This document shows positions 9,035 through 18,962 of a DNA stretch of 64,000 bases, piece after piece. Where the stretch lies: the NCBI GenBank assembly GCA_045803545.1, contig JBJMOW010000005.1, positions 896,001 through 960,000 of the forward strand. The letters run 5' to 3'. Position numbers and translations under genes: made by a program. Under the pieces are notes generated by a model. That model ran no database searches. It had not been told where the DNA came from and was given only the letters and a program-made list of their open reading frames with translations. Each line of letters opens with the position of its first letter. Positions within the stretch are counted from its first letter, which is position 1. The stretch comes from Gemmatimonadaceae bacterium (lineage in GTDB: Bacteria > Gemmatimonadota > Gemmatimonadetes > Gemmatimonadales > Gemmatimonadaceae).

Positions 9035-10471
9035 CTATCTGAGCTTGTTGCCGTTCGCATCCCAGACTTCAACCGAGCCGAAGTTTCGCGCCCTGATCGG
9101 AGCTTCGATCTTGGAGAGATCGCCGGCGACGACAACGACAAGCTTGTTCGGCGTCAGTTTGCTGCTCGCGACCCGACGCACATCCTCTGGCGTGACGGCC
9201 GCCAGTCGCTCGCGATACGTGGTATAGAAATCCAGCGGCAGGCCCCAGACGATCAGATTCTGGAGACGCGTTGTCAGGCCCTGCACCGACTGTACCGCAT
9301 TTGGAAAGCCCGAGACCAGGTTGTTCACCAGCGCCTGGAGTTCCGGTGCCGGCACCGTCTCGGTCCCCAACCGGTTGTACTCGCCGATAGCCTCGACGAG
9401 CGCCGAGTCAGTGGCATTGGTTCTTACCTCAGAGCTCATTTGGAACACGCCTGCGCCGGGGCGGAGGTCGAGGCCACTGAATGCGCCGTAGGTGTAGCCA
9501 TGCTTTTCGCGAAGGTTGCTATTGAGACGGGAGCTAACTGCACCCCCGAAAACGTGATTCAACGCCAACATGGGGATGTACTCCGGATCCGTAGCCTGGA
9601 AGCCGGGCTGGCCGACGATGATCGTCGACTGCACGGAGCCCGGACGATCCACCAGAATCACGCGAGTGCCGGTGCCGGTGTGCACCGGATTCGCTACCGC
9701 AGCAGTGGCGGCTCGAGTAGCGCTCCACGAGCCGAATGCCTGCTGCGCAACCGACCTCGCCTCGGCAGGAGTGATATCTCCGACCATGAGCAGCGTCGAA
9801 GCCGACGGCGCGTACATCGTGCGCTGCCAATTCACGACATCGTCACGAGTGAGCGCGTTGATCGACGCCATCGTTCCGTTGGGCGGTCTGGAGAATGGCG
9901 CGGTCGAGTCGAATGCGGCCCGAACAAAGGCATCGCTGGCGAGTCCGCTCGTTCGCGCATGAGACTGCTGGTAAGCGGCGATCGCCTGGTTCTTCACTCG
10001 AGCGAATTCGCTGGTCGGGAAGCTCGGTGACATCACCGTCTTCGCGGCCAGCTGCAGCGCCTGCGGAAAGACATTCTTCAATGCGACGACGTCGGCGAAC
10101 GACGTGCTGTAGCCCCCGCCGGTCTGATACTGCGCGCCGAGTGCATCCATCTGGCGGGCGATTTCTGCGCCCGACAGGTCGGCAGTTCCTTCCGACAACA
10201 GGCGGCCGGTGAGTGATGCGAGACCATTTTTCGCCGCGGGCTCGCGCTGCGCGCCGGCGTCGATGATCAGTCTGCCCTCGACTTCGGGAAGATTGTGCTT
10301 CTCGACGACGATGACCTTGAGTCCGTTGGCGAGCTGGAACTGATTTACCTGCGGAAATACGTACGGGCGCAGCGGTCCAGGCGCCGGAGGCGTCTGAGTC
10401 TGCGCATTTGCGGTAACAGCGCCAATCGCAAGCGATAGCGCGACGATTTTGATTCTGTTTGCGCTATGCAT
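9035..10471 (-). CDS. M16 peptidase, non-catalytic partner subunit
   Basis: LANGLKVIVVE, SRLNSNLREKHGYTYG; no HxxEH; signal peptide. Confidence 0.88.
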   Translation of the reverse strand: MHSANRIKIVALSLAIGAVTANAQTQTPPAPGPLRPYVFPQVNQFQLANGLKVIVVEKHNLPEVEGRLIIDAGAQREPAAKNGLASLTGRLLSEGTADLSGAEIARQMDALGAQYQTGGGYSTSFADVVALKNVFPQALQLAAKTVMSPSFPTSEFARVKNQAIAAYQQSHARTSGLASDAFVRAAFDSTAPFSRPPNGTMASINALTRDDVVNWQRTMYAPSASTLLMVGDITPAEARSVAQQAFGSWSATRAATAAVANPVHTGTGTRVILVDRPGSVQSTIIVGQPGFQATDPEYIPMLALNHVFGGAVSSRLNSNLREKHGYTYGAFSGLDLRPGAGVFQMSSEVRTNATDSALVEAIGEYNRLGTETVPAPELQALVNNLVSGFPNAVQSVQGLTTRLQNLIVWGLPLDFYTTYRERLAAVTPEDVRRVASSKLTPNKLVVVVAGDLSKIEAPIRARNFGSVEVWDANGNKLR

Positions 10472-11880
10472 TATTGAGTCCTCGTATCGGCTGATGCCGT
10501 CTTCTTGGCTGGCACGTAGATCAGAACCGCGCGGTTCGTCGGAACGAGCCGCTCATGCGCCAGCGCGTTGAGATCGTCGAGCGACACGCGGTCGTAGTCA
10601 GCCAACACCTTGTTGACGTGATTTGGATCGTGGAAGAAAGTCCAGCCTTCGGCGAGACGATCAGCGCGTCCGCCAAAGCCGCCGGTAGTCTGTAAACCAT
10701 TCACGAAGCCGAAACGCTCCGTCGCGCGTGCACGCTCCAACTCCGCCTGAGTGAAGCTGCTGGCGCCTGCGAGCTCCGCCATCATGGCGACTTCGAGCGA
10801 GTCGGCGTTGGCGCCCGGCTTACCCGTGGCGATGAAGACCAGCTCGTCTCCGCCGCCGGACAGACCGAGGTTGAAAGCAGTCACGTTCGTCGCAATCTGC
10901 TGGCGGCGCACGAGGGCGTCGTACAGGCGGGACGAGCGACCGGAACCGATGATGTCGCCCAGTAGCGACACCGTTGGAGAACGTCGATCTGTGGCCGGCG
11001 GAACTCTGTAGCCGACGTAGATCGCAGGCGCGGGCGCCTGTTGATCGGTGATGACGTAACGCTGCTGATGACCGATCACCGCCGGTACCGACATGTTCGC
11101 GAGGGCCGGAACTTTCGGTCCGCGCGGAATCGACCCGAAATACTTGCGCACCATCTGCTTCACTTGGGGCACGTCGATGTCGCCGGCGACGACGAGCACG
11201 GCGTTGTTGGGCGCGTAGTATGTCTTGAAGAAGTTCTCAACGTCGGTCAGACTCGCCGCGGATAGATCGGTCATCGAGCCGATCACGGAGTGGTGATAGG
11301 GGTGGCCCTCGGGAAACAGCGCCTCGCCCATCTTCTCGAGCCACGTTCCGTAAGGCTGATTGTCGACCGACTGACGCCTCTCGTTCTTAACGACTTCGCG
11401 CTGGTTATCGAGCTTGGCCTGATCCATCGCGTTGAGCAGCGTGCCCATACGATCCGACTCCAGCCACAGCGCGAGCTCGACCTGGTTCGACGGTACCTGC
11501 TCGAAGTAGTTCGTGCGGTCCCAGCTGGTGGTGCCGTTGATGTCGGCGCCGCCGCGTCCGCCCGCTGCTTCGAGCAGAGCGAAGTGCTGGCCCTTGGCGA
11601 CGTTCTTCGAGCCCTGGAACATCATGTGCTCGAACAAATGAGCGAAGCCGGTGTGCCCCGGCTGTTCCATCTTCGATCCGACGTTATACCAGAGGAGGAC
11701 CGCCGCTACGGGAGTGGAGTGATCGACGTGGTAGATCACATTCAGCCCGTTGGGCAGTGTTTCCTGGGTATAGTCGATACGCACCTCGGGACTCTTGCCC
11801 GCTTGCGTTCTGGATGCCTGCGCGCCGGCGTTCATGGCGACAAGACATGTTAGAGAGACCGCAAATACGCGGAGTCTCAT
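10471..11880 (-). CDS. M16 zinc peptidase (pitrilysin family), catalytic subunit
   Basis: GFAHLFEHMMFQGS (HxxEH), NGTTSWDRTNY, YYAPNNA; signal peptide; GGAGG SD. Confidence 0.92.
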   Translation of the reverse strand: MRLRVFAVSLTCLVAMNAGAQASRTQAGKSPEVRIDYTQETLPNGLNVIYHVDHSTPVAAVLLWYNVGSKMEQPGHTGFAHLFEHMMFQGSKNVAKGQHFALLEAAGGRGGADINGTTSWDRTNYFEQVPSNQVELALWLESDRMGTLLNAMDQAKLDNQREVVKNERRQSVDNQPYGTWLEKMGEALFPEGHPYHHSVIGSMTDLSAASLTDVENFFKTYYAPNNAVLVVAGDIDVPQVKQMVRKYFGSIPRGPKVPALANMSVPAVIGHQQRYVITDQQAPAPAIYVGYRVPPATDRRSPTVSLLGDIIGSGRSSRLYDALVRRQQIATNVTAFNLGLSGGGDELVFIATGKPGANADSLEVAMMAELAGASSFTQAELERARATERFGFVNGLQTTGGFGGRADRLAEGWTFFHDPNHVNKVLADYDRVSLDDLNALAHERLVPTNRAVLIYVPAKKTASADTRTQ

Positions 11881-12001
11881 TCGACCTCCATTGATTTGTT
11901 GAGTGCGTGCGCGTTGGACGGGAACGGCACGCGGGGGAGGACCAAAATAGGAAACGGGTTCGCGGGGGGAAAGAGTCTTGTTCGTACCGAGGACTTTAGA
12001 A

Positions 12002-12184
12002 GCGCACTACTTCGCTGAGCGCTGACCGCTTCACGCTCACCGCTTGGCGCTGCCGGCAACATGACAGAACTCATGGCATAAAAGCGAACAGATCGCGTTT
12101 CCTTGGTTGGGTCGCGACCTGTCCCGTCGCTTGTCGCGGACAGCGATCAGCGTGAAGCGCTCAGCGCTCAGCGAAGTACTGCGC
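12002..12184. repeat. 43-bp imperfect inverted repeat built from heptamer-like units, enclosing 97 nt
   Basis: 12002-12044 matches the reverse complement of 12142-12184 with 4 mismatches. Confidence 0.85.
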
Positions 12185-12207
12185 GGTTAAGTCCTCATTC
12201 CGCCGCC

Positions 12208-13437
12208 CTACTCGTAACGCAGCGACTGAATCGGATCCAGGCTCGCCGCTCTCCGTGCTGGCCAAACACCGAACAGTATCCCGACAAACCCCGAGAAGAA
12301 GAACGCCAGCAGGATCGACGACGGCGCCACCGAGGTGTTGAAGTTGCCGAACTTGGCCAGCGCGATTGCGCCGAGCCACCCAAAGACGATTCCGCCGACA
12401 CCGCCGAGCAGGCACAACACAACTGCTTCGATCAGGAACTGAAGGAGAATGTTCTTTGGAGTCGCGCCGAGTGCTTTGCGGACGCCGATCTCGCGGGTGC
12501 GCTCCGTTACGGACACCAGCATGATGTTCATGATGCCGATGCCGCCGACGAGCAAACTCACCGCGGCGATGCCCGAGAGGAGGAAGGTGAAGATCTGCGT
12601 CGTCTCACCGAGCGTGTTCAGGAAGTCGGCCTGACTGCGAATCTGGAAATCGTCGGGGACGCCGACGCGCAGCCGGTGCTCTCGGCGCAGAATGCGTTGA
12701 ATGTCCGCCATCGCATTTGGTATTTGCGCTTCCGATGCCGCGAGCACACCGATCTGACGCAACCTGTCGCTACCGAAAAGACGGAACTGCGCTGTTGTAA
12801 TCGGGACCAGCACCTGATCATCGGGGTTGCCGAATCCACCGCTATTGCCTTTGCTCGCCAACACACCGATGACCTGAAACAGGAATCCGCCGATTCTCAC
12901 GTTCTGATCCACGAGAGATTGCGCGGGGACTCCAAGATTATCGGGAATCGCCGCGCCAAGAACTGCGACGCGTTTGCTTGCACGGTCATCGCCCTGGGTG
13001 AACATCTTCCCGTAAGCGATCGCATACTTGCGGACGTCCAGATAGTTCGCCGTCGTGCCGAGCACCGTGGTATTGGTGTTCGTATTCAGATACTGCACCT
13101 GCAGTTGCTTCTGCATCTCGGGCTCGACGGCGGAGATGGCGCCGCCCGCCGTGGCAGCCGAATCCAGAAGCGTCGCATCGGACACGGTCATCGGCGCGCG
13201 ATCATTCCCGGAGGACACGCCGCCAGGTGCGAAGATCTGGCCGGGCGAAACTGACAAAAGCGTAGTTCCCAGTGCGCTGATTCGCGCTTGCACCGATTCC
13301 GACGCGCCGCGTCCGAGCGCGACGACCGCAATCACTGCTCCGACGCCGATGACGACGCCGAGCATCGTCAGGAAAGAGCGCAGCTTATTGGCGCGTAGTG
13401 CGCCAAGCGCAACACCGATTGTCTCGCCAAGTAGCAT
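12208..13437 (-). CDS. MacB/FtsX-type ABC transporter permease (no fused ATPase)
   Basis: RSFLTMLGVVIGV, GGIGIMNIMLVSVTERTREIGVRKALGA, PARRAASLDPIQSLRYE. Confidence 0.92.
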   Translation of the reverse strand: MLLGETIGVALGALRANKLRSFLTMLGVVIGVGAVIAVVALGRGASESVQARISALGTTLLSVSPGQIFAPGGVSSGNDRAPMTVSDATLLDSAATAGGAISAVEPEMQKQLQVQYLNTNTNTTVLGTTANYLDVRKYAIAYGKMFTQGDDRASKRVAVLGAAIPDNLGVPAQSLVDQNVRIGGFLFQVIGVLASKGNSGGFGNPDDQVLVPITTAQFRLFGSDRLRQIGVLAASEAQIPNAMADIQRILRREHRLRVGVPDDFQIRSQADFLNTLGETTQIFTFLLSGIAAVSLLVGGIGIMNIMLVSVTERTREIGVRKALGATPKNILLQFLIEAVVLCLLGGVGGIVFGWLGAIALAKFGNFNTSVAPSSILLAFFFSGFVGILFGVWPARRAASLDPIQSLRYE

Positions 13438-14976
13438 TTACTGCCCTCCTCTCCCGCCGCCTCCGCCAGTGCGACCGCCACCGGCGCCGCCGCCAGCCCC
13501 TCCTCCAGCCGCTGGTGTCTGCTGCTGTTGCAGACCTCCGCCCGCGCCGGCGCGGACGCGATTCTGCAATTGCTCGCGCTGCGCTTGCAGCACCGCCGGG
13601 CCGAGCAGCGCCACCATCTCACCCTGCTGGAGTCCGCTCAGGATCTCGGTGTAGTCGAAGTCGCTGATGCCGACGCGCACAACCCTCGGCGAATACGTGT
13701 CACCCTTCTTTACGAACACGAACATCGGTCCGCCTGTTCCGCCCCCGCCGGCACTGCCTGTACCCCCACCGCCTGCCGCACCGGCGCCCCCCTGACGCGA
13801 GAACCCGCCTGTCCCGCCACCACGCTGGCCAGTCGATGAGGGCGTTCCGGAAGCTGCGCCACCGGATCGACCACGGAATGAAGTAGTGTCACCGGGCGCT
13901 CGATTGAATCTGCGCGTGGTGTCTCCGCCCGCTGTAGATGACGCAGTCGACGACGCCGTTCCACCACGACCGCCGCGCGCTGCACGGGCGGCGGTAACTG
14001 CGGCTTTGATGGAATCAGCCGATACACCAAGTACCGGCGCAACAACTGCCGCGTCGCGCGAATTCCTGATCGCGTCACTCGGCACGGCCAGAACGTTGTC
14101 GTGATGCGCGATGTCCATCGTCACCTGGCCGTTCATGCCGGGCTTGAGCGCGCCGTCGAAATTGTTGAGCGAAACCAGTACGGGAAACATCGTCACGCTC
14201 GACTGCACCACTGCTTCTGGCTCAACCTGCTCGACCAGCCCGACGAATCGCCGGTTCGGAAAAGCATCGACGGTCACGGTGGCACTTTGCGCCGGCTGCA
14301 CGCTGCCGATGTCCGTCTCATTTACGAATGCGCGCATCCGCACCTTGGTGAGGTCAGCCATTTTCAGAATTGTGGTACCGCCACTCGCCGACGACGTCGC
14401 CGAGCTGATCACCATTCCTTCCGAAACCGGCTTCTCGATGATGGTGCCGTTGCTGGGCGCGCGAACCGTCGCATCCTCGAGCCGTACTTTCGCGATCGAC
14501 AGGTTGGTGCGCGCCTTGATCAGATTGGCGTCGGCGTTGGCGAAATCGAGTGTCGCCTGATCCATCTCCTGCGCCGTGATGATTTTTTCTTTGTACAACT
14601 CCGCCGAGCGATTGCGCTGCGCCAGGGCGGTGGAGCGCTGCGCCGTTGCCGACGAGACATCTGCTGCTGCCTGGGTGTACTGATTCTGCACGTCTCGCGG
14701 ATCGATCTGTACCAGGAGATCACCGGTTTTCACGTTCGATCCGATGTCGACCGGCATCCGCACAATCGTGCCTGACGCTTTGGATTTTACTTCGACGATG
14801 TCGACAGGCTCGACGGTTCCGTTTGCCTGCACGCTGAGCGCTATGGTGCGTCGCTCAACGGCGACCGTCTCGATGACGAGCGCCGGATCTGTGCTCTTCT
14901 TGCATGCGCCGAGCGTGAGAATGGCGGTAATCAACAGCGCCTTACTGCGTACCGAAATCAGTTTCGTCCCGTTCAT
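13438..14976 (-). CDS. MacA/HlyD-family periplasmic adaptor (lipoprotein)
   Basis: Lipobox LGAC, VEVKSKASG, APSNGTI, LKPGM; long Gly/Arg low-complexity insertions. Confidence 0.9.
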   Translation of the reverse strand: MNGTKLISVRSKALLITAILTLGACKKSTDPALVIETVAVERRTIALSVQANGTVEPVDIVEVKSKASGTIVRMPVDIGSNVKTGDLLVQIDPRDVQNQYTQAAADVSSATAQRSTALAQRNRSAELYKEKIITAQEMDQATLDFANADANLIKARTNLSIAKVRLEDATVRAPSNGTIIEKPVSEGMVISSATSSASGGTTILKMADLTKVRMRAFVNETDIGSVQPAQSATVTVDAFPNRRFVGLVEQVEPEAVVQSSVTMFPVLVSLNNFDGALKPGMNGQVTMDIAHHDNVLAVPSDAIRNSRDAAVVAPVLGVSADSIKAAVTAARAARGGRGGTASSTASSTAGGDTTRRFNRAPGDTTSFRGRSGGAASGTPSSTGQRGGGTGGFSRQGGAGAAGGGGTGSAGGGGTGGPMFVFVKKGDTYSPRVVRVGISDFDYTEILSGLQQGEMVALLGPAVLQAQREQLQNRVRAGAGGGLQQQQTPAAGGGAGGGAGGGRTGGGGGRGGQ

Positions 14977-15003
14977 TAGTTCGTTGCGTTCAGTTTTCGT
15001 TCG

Positions 15004-16377
15004 TCACTGCAGATCGCGTCCGATCAGCGCTTCCAGCTGCGCCCGCGCGATCCTGTAGTCGTACCGCGCCTGGATCAGAGCCTGTTCCGCCGTCGCGAGT
15101 GCGGCCTGGGATGTAATGAGGTCCAGCAAGGTGGAGGCGCCAATGTTGTACCGCTGCTGCTGCACGCGCACGTCTTCCTGTGCCGCCGCGACTGAGGCGA
15201 TCTGCACGGCGACTCGCTGCGACGCGCCGCGAAGGGCGCCGATGAACTGGGTCAGCTCTTCTACCGCCGCCAGCTGTGAGTCGCGCAGCTCAGCCTGCGA
15301 GTTCACTTCCGCGACACGCGCCCGCACGACGTCCTCTTCGCGCTGGAAGTTGTTGAACAGCGGATAGGAAAGCGAGAACGAAAGGCGGCCGCTGTACGTG
15401 AACGGGTCGTTGCCGAGACCGAAGCGGGGATCCGTTCCGGTTCCGCTGCGTGAATAGGCAACGCTTAGAGATGGCAGATACTGGCCGCGCGCGGCTTTTC
15501 GATTTTCAGTCGCAGCATCGAGGTTCGCCTGCGCTTGTTGCACCGCCGGTCCGATCTTCGCCAGCTCCGCTAGCTGCGCGCTGTCCGGCAATGCGGCCAT
15601 GTTTTCCTGCACGGAAGTTGGGTCCGCCGTCACCGGGACTGGAGAGCCGACCAGCCGCGTCAGCGCAGCATCGCCTGCTTCCTTGGCGCTCTGCGCCGTG
15701 ATCAGCGCCAGCTGGGCGTTTCCGACCTGAATCACACCGCGCAGCGAGTCGGATCTGGTGGCAACACCAGCTCTCACCCGTAAGGCCGAGCTCTTGAACT
15801 GCTCCTGGGCCTGAGCCATCTGCAGCCGCGCTGCGTCTTCGCTCTCGATAGCGGCAAGCACCGCGTAGTACTGCTGCTTCACCTGCAGCGCGACGTTGTA
15901 CTTGACTGCAACTCTGTTCGCCTCGGCCGCGATAATACCGGCTTTTGCAGTGCGGAGAGCGTAGAGTCGCTGCCCGCCATCGAACAGCGTCATGTTGAGA
16001 TTGAGACCGACATTGTTGGTCGGCTGCGACGCGACGGTAACCTCCTCGCCGTTCGAATTGAGTCGGGTTTGACCACCGCCCAGCTGGACGATGTGGCCGG
16101 CGCTAATCGACGCGCTCGGGAGAATTGCACCAACGGCTGACGTGCGCGCTGCTTTGCTCGTTCGCTCGGTTCCCTCGGCAGCGATCGCCTGGGGCGAGTT
16201 CTGCTGGGCCATCGCCACCGCTTCCTGGAGCGTGATTTTGCGGGCGCTGTCGGGCGCTTTTGTCAGACCCGGTTGAAGGCCGGGTTGGATGACCTGGGCC
16301 GCGACGGAGCTCGCGGCGCTCACGAGAATGAACGCTGAGACTGAAAACAGTCTCATCGAGGACGGAAAATTGGGCAT
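15004..16377 (-). CDS. TolC-family outer membrane efflux protein
   Basis: ITLQEAVAMAQQNSP, RYNIGASTLLDLITSQ, ARAQLEALIG; start 16377 or 16356, since the longer ORF start lies across a terminator. Confidence 0.88.
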   Translation of the reverse strand: MPNFPSSMRLFSVSAFILVSAASSVAAQVIQPGLQPGLTKAPDSARKITLQEAVAMAQQNSPQAIAAEGTERTSKAARTSAVGAILPSASISAGHIVQLGGGQTRLNSNGEEVTVASQPTNNVGLNLNMTLFDGGQRLYALRTAKAGIIAAEANRVAVKYNVALQVKQQYYAVLAAIESEDAARLQMAQAQEQFKSSALRVRAGVATRSDSLRGVIQVGNAQLALITAQSAKEAGDAALTRLVGSPVPVTADPTSVQENMAALPDSAQLAELAKIGPAVQQAQANLDAATENRKAARGQYLPSLSVAYSRSGTGTDPRFGLGNDPFTYSGRLSFSLSYPLFNNFQREEDVVRARVAEVNSQAELRDSQLAAVEELTQFIGALRGASQRVAVQIASVAAAQEDVRVQQQRYNIGASTLLDLITSQAALATAEQALIQARYDYRIARAQLEALIGRDLQ

Positions 16378-16399
16378 GTACCGAACACCTAATCGGTTG

Positions 16400-16430
16400 A
16401 AAACAAAAGGCCGCACCTGACTGCGGCCCT
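16400..16430 (-). terminator. Rho-independent terminator after atpH
   Basis: Minus strand GGCCGCA-GTCAGG-TGCGGCC followed by TTTTGTTTT. Confidence 0.8.
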
Positions 16431-16491
16431 TCAATAACTACGCCCAACTGATGTGGTGTGCTGAGATCGGAGCCTCCCGATCAGAACTCGC

Positions 16492-17040
16492 CTATCGAGA
16501 GACCGTCGTCAACATCCTCTGTTTGAGGACCGACAAGCGCTTGCGCACCGACCCGTCGATTACCGTGTCGCCCACCTTCACGATCAAACCGCCCAGGATC
16601 GCCGGGTTCGTATTGATGTGTGGGACAACCCGCTTACCAAACAAACGAGACAGCTGGCGGGCCAGTGCATCCCGCTCCGGCTCGCCTGGCTCGCGCGCAA
16701 CGGTAACGTTCGCGTGGAGGCGGTTCTCGGCTTCGTCGAGCAGCGTCTGGTATTCGGAGGCGATCGCCGGAATGAGCATCTGGCGTCGCTTCTTGATCAC
16801 CGTCCCGAGGTAGCGGAGAAAGAGCCGCGGCACCTTTTTGCCAAGAGCCTTTTCCAGAATGTCAATTTTATGAGATGCAGCGAGCTTCGGGGACTCTAGA
16901 AACGCGCGCAGAGTCTGATCCTCACGCATCGCAGTAGCGATTGCGGTGAGCAGCGCACCGAACTCTTCGATTTCGTCGCTCTTCCGCGCCAGCGCGAGGA
17001 GCGCTTCCGCGTAATTGCGACCGATCGTCGATTCGTTCAT
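16492..17040 (-). CDS. atpH: ATP synthase F1 subunit delta
   Basis: RNYAEALL, ILGGLIVKVGDTVIDGSVRKRL; follows atpF. Confidence 0.95.
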   Translation of the reverse strand: MNESTIGRNYAEALLALARKSDEIEEFGALLTAIATAMREDQTLRAFLESPKLAASHKIDILEKALGKKVPRLFLRYLGTVIKKRRQMLIPAIASEYQTLLDEAENRLHANVTVAREPGEPERDALARQLSRLFGKRVVPHINTNPAILGGLIVKVGDTVIDGSVRKRLSVLKQRMLTTVSR

Positions 17041-17603
17041 CCGCGAGTCGTCTCGCCGGCGGGAATCGAGGAGAGGAAGCTCTCGACGATTTTGCGGTTC
17101 GATTGGTCGTCAAGATTCTTTTCGATGACTTTGCTGGCGCCGGCAATTGCCAGCTCAATCGCCTCACGACGCATTTCGGCGATGGCGCGCTCCTTCTCCT
17201 GCGCGATCTCGCGCCGCGCCGACTCCAATATGTGCTGTTGCTGCTGGCGAGTCTCCTCGATCATCTGGGCACGAACCTGCTCGCCGGTCTGACGACCTTC
17301 GACGATGATCTTCTGAGCCTCGTTCCGCGCGGACTCGATCTGACGCTTCTGCTCGGCGAGGACTTGCGCCGCTTCTTCACGATCTCTCTTTGCGCCTTCA
17401 ATCGCGTCCTCGAGCGCTTTCTCACGCGCTTCAACGGCAGCAGTGATCTTCGGGAAGACCAATCGCGCGAGGATTATGAAAAGGACGATGAAGGTGACCA
17501 GAGTCCAGAACATCAGGCCGCCGTTTGGTGTCAGCAGGTCGCCGCCGCTGGATTCTTCCGGTGCCACCTGTGCTGCCTGTAGAAGTGCGAAGAAAGCGTT
17601 CAT
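17037..17603 (-). CDS. atpF: ATP synthase Fo subunit b
   Basis: TM GLMFWTLVTFIVLFIILARLVFP then a charged coiled coil; start ATG 17603. Confidence 0.95.
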   Translation of the reverse strand: MNAFFALLQAAQVAPEESSGGDLLTPNGGLMFWTLVTFIVLFIILARLVFPKITAAVEAREKALEDAIEGAKRDREEAAQVLAEQKRQIESARNEAQKIIVEGRQTGEQVRAQMIEETRQQQQHILESARREIAQEKERAIAEMRREAIELAIAGASKVIEKNLDDQSNRKIVESFLSSIPAGETTRG

Positions 17604-17685
17604 GTTTGTTTTGGCTCGAAGGACGGAGCTGTCAGTGTTTGAGAAGTACCGACGGTGGGTCCGGGACCCACCGTCGGCGAGCGTG

Positions 17686-17970
17686 CTAGAACTTGAACTT
17701 GTTCTGAACCAGGAACGCAATAACGATCGAGAACAGCGCAATTCCCTCGATCAGTGCTGCGAAGATGATTGCACCAGTTTGAATGCGAGCGGCCATCTCC
17801 GGTTGACGTGCCATGCCGTCCATTGCCTGGCCGGCGAGTCGTCCGATACCGATGCCTGCACCAATCGTAGCGAGACCGCCCCCGAGACCTGCACCGAGCA
17901 GCGCCCATGCACCGGCGTACTCGCGGGTGAAGCCGGCTGCCGCCTGAAGCAGAGGATACATCATAACCAT
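17686..17970 (-). CDS. atpE: ATP synthase Fo subunit c
   Basis: GAGIGIG, ARQPE loop, proton-binding Glu in ALIEG. Confidence 0.97.
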   Translation of the reverse strand: MVMMYPLLQAAAGFTREYAGAWALLGAGLGGGLATIGAGIGIGRLAGQAMDGMARQPEMAARIQTGAIIFAALIEGIALFSIVIAFLVQNKFKF

Positions 17971-18113
17971 TTTCTTACCCTCTTCCTTTGTAGCAATCGT
18001 GATTGGTCATGCTCGCGATCACGACATCGCTATCCGTAAACGGAGCAAAGGCTCCAACGGAATTCTCCGACCGGCTCGGTCGGATACCTACACGGAGTTG
18101 AGCAAGCTCCGCG

Positions 18114-18962
18114 TCAGTGTGCACTCTCGCGGATCAATCCGATAAACACACTGGTGAGCAGCATAAAGATGAACGCCTGCAGAAATCCGACGAATATTTC
18201 CAGACCTGATATGGCGAGTGCCATCGCGATCGGCAGCGGAACAAGAATCCAGCTGGCGAACGTGAAGATGAGGCTGATCAGCGCCAGCAGCACGACGTGT
18301 CCGGAAATCATGTTGGCGAACAGACGGATCGCCAGCGCAAAAGGCTTGGTGAGCTTCCCGATGATCTCGATCGGCGTGAGAATCGGCGAAATGAAGAGCT
18401 TCATGCCGAGCGACATATCCTGCGGCCAGAATACTATGGTATTGATGTAGCCTTTTCCGAGTGCTCGCATGCCCGCGACTTCAATCACGATGAAACTCAC
18501 GATAGCCAGCGCCGCTGTGACGGAAATGTTTCCGGTCGCAGTGGCGCCATACGGGACGAGTCCAAGCAGATTGGCGAAGAGCACGAAGAAGAAAACCGTT
18601 AGCAAATAGGGAACGAACGCGTTGCCATGTGCGCCGACGTTAGGCAAAATGATTTCGTTGCGGAGGTAGAGAATGATCGCCTCGAAACCATTGCCCACTC
18701 CACTCGGCGCTTTGCCTTCGCGTGTGCGCCGATTGTGGCCACGGAGAGCGAGCAGCGTAAAGAGCAGACAGAGCAGCGCGGCAACCCAAAGCATCACGAC
18801 GTGTCGCGTCGGCGAGACGTCGAGCGCGAAGTTCCCGATGTGGATCGGTTTCCAGCGCGGCAGCTCGTACTCGCACACGAATCCGGTGTGGAGGCACGGA
18901 TAGTCAAGCGTGTGCGAGTCGGTGATGTGCGGCGTTATGAAGTCTTTGGCGTCAGCGATCAT
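18114..18962 (-). CDS. atpB: ATP synthase Fo subunit a
   Basis: NLLGLVP, KPFALAIRLFANMISGH, LQAFIF. Confidence 0.97.
   Translation of the reverse strand: MIADAKDFITPHITDSHTLDYPCLHTGFVCEYELPRWKPIHIGNFALDVSPTRHVVMLWVAALLCLLFTLLALRGHNRRTREGKAPSGVGNGFEAIILYLRNEIILPNVGAHGNAFVPYLLTVFFFVLFANLLGLVPYGATATGNISVTAALAIVSFIVIEVAGMRALGKGYINTIVFWPQDMSLGMKLFISPILTPIEIIGKLTKPFALAIRLFANMISGHVVLLALISLIFTFASWILVPLPIAMALAISGLEIFVGFLQAFIFMLLTSVFIGLIRESAH

Noticed and set aside
11877..12074. 65-aa minus-strand ORF through the inverted repeat
   Set aside because: No SD, no motif, and it runs through repeat sequence
12103..13254. 383-aa plus-strand ORF
   Set aside because: Antisense shadow of the ABC permease, common in high-GC DNA; no motifs
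13440..13990. GC-rich repeats suggesting a repeat element
   Set aside because: Encode Gly/Arg/Ala low-complexity linkers of the adaptor protein
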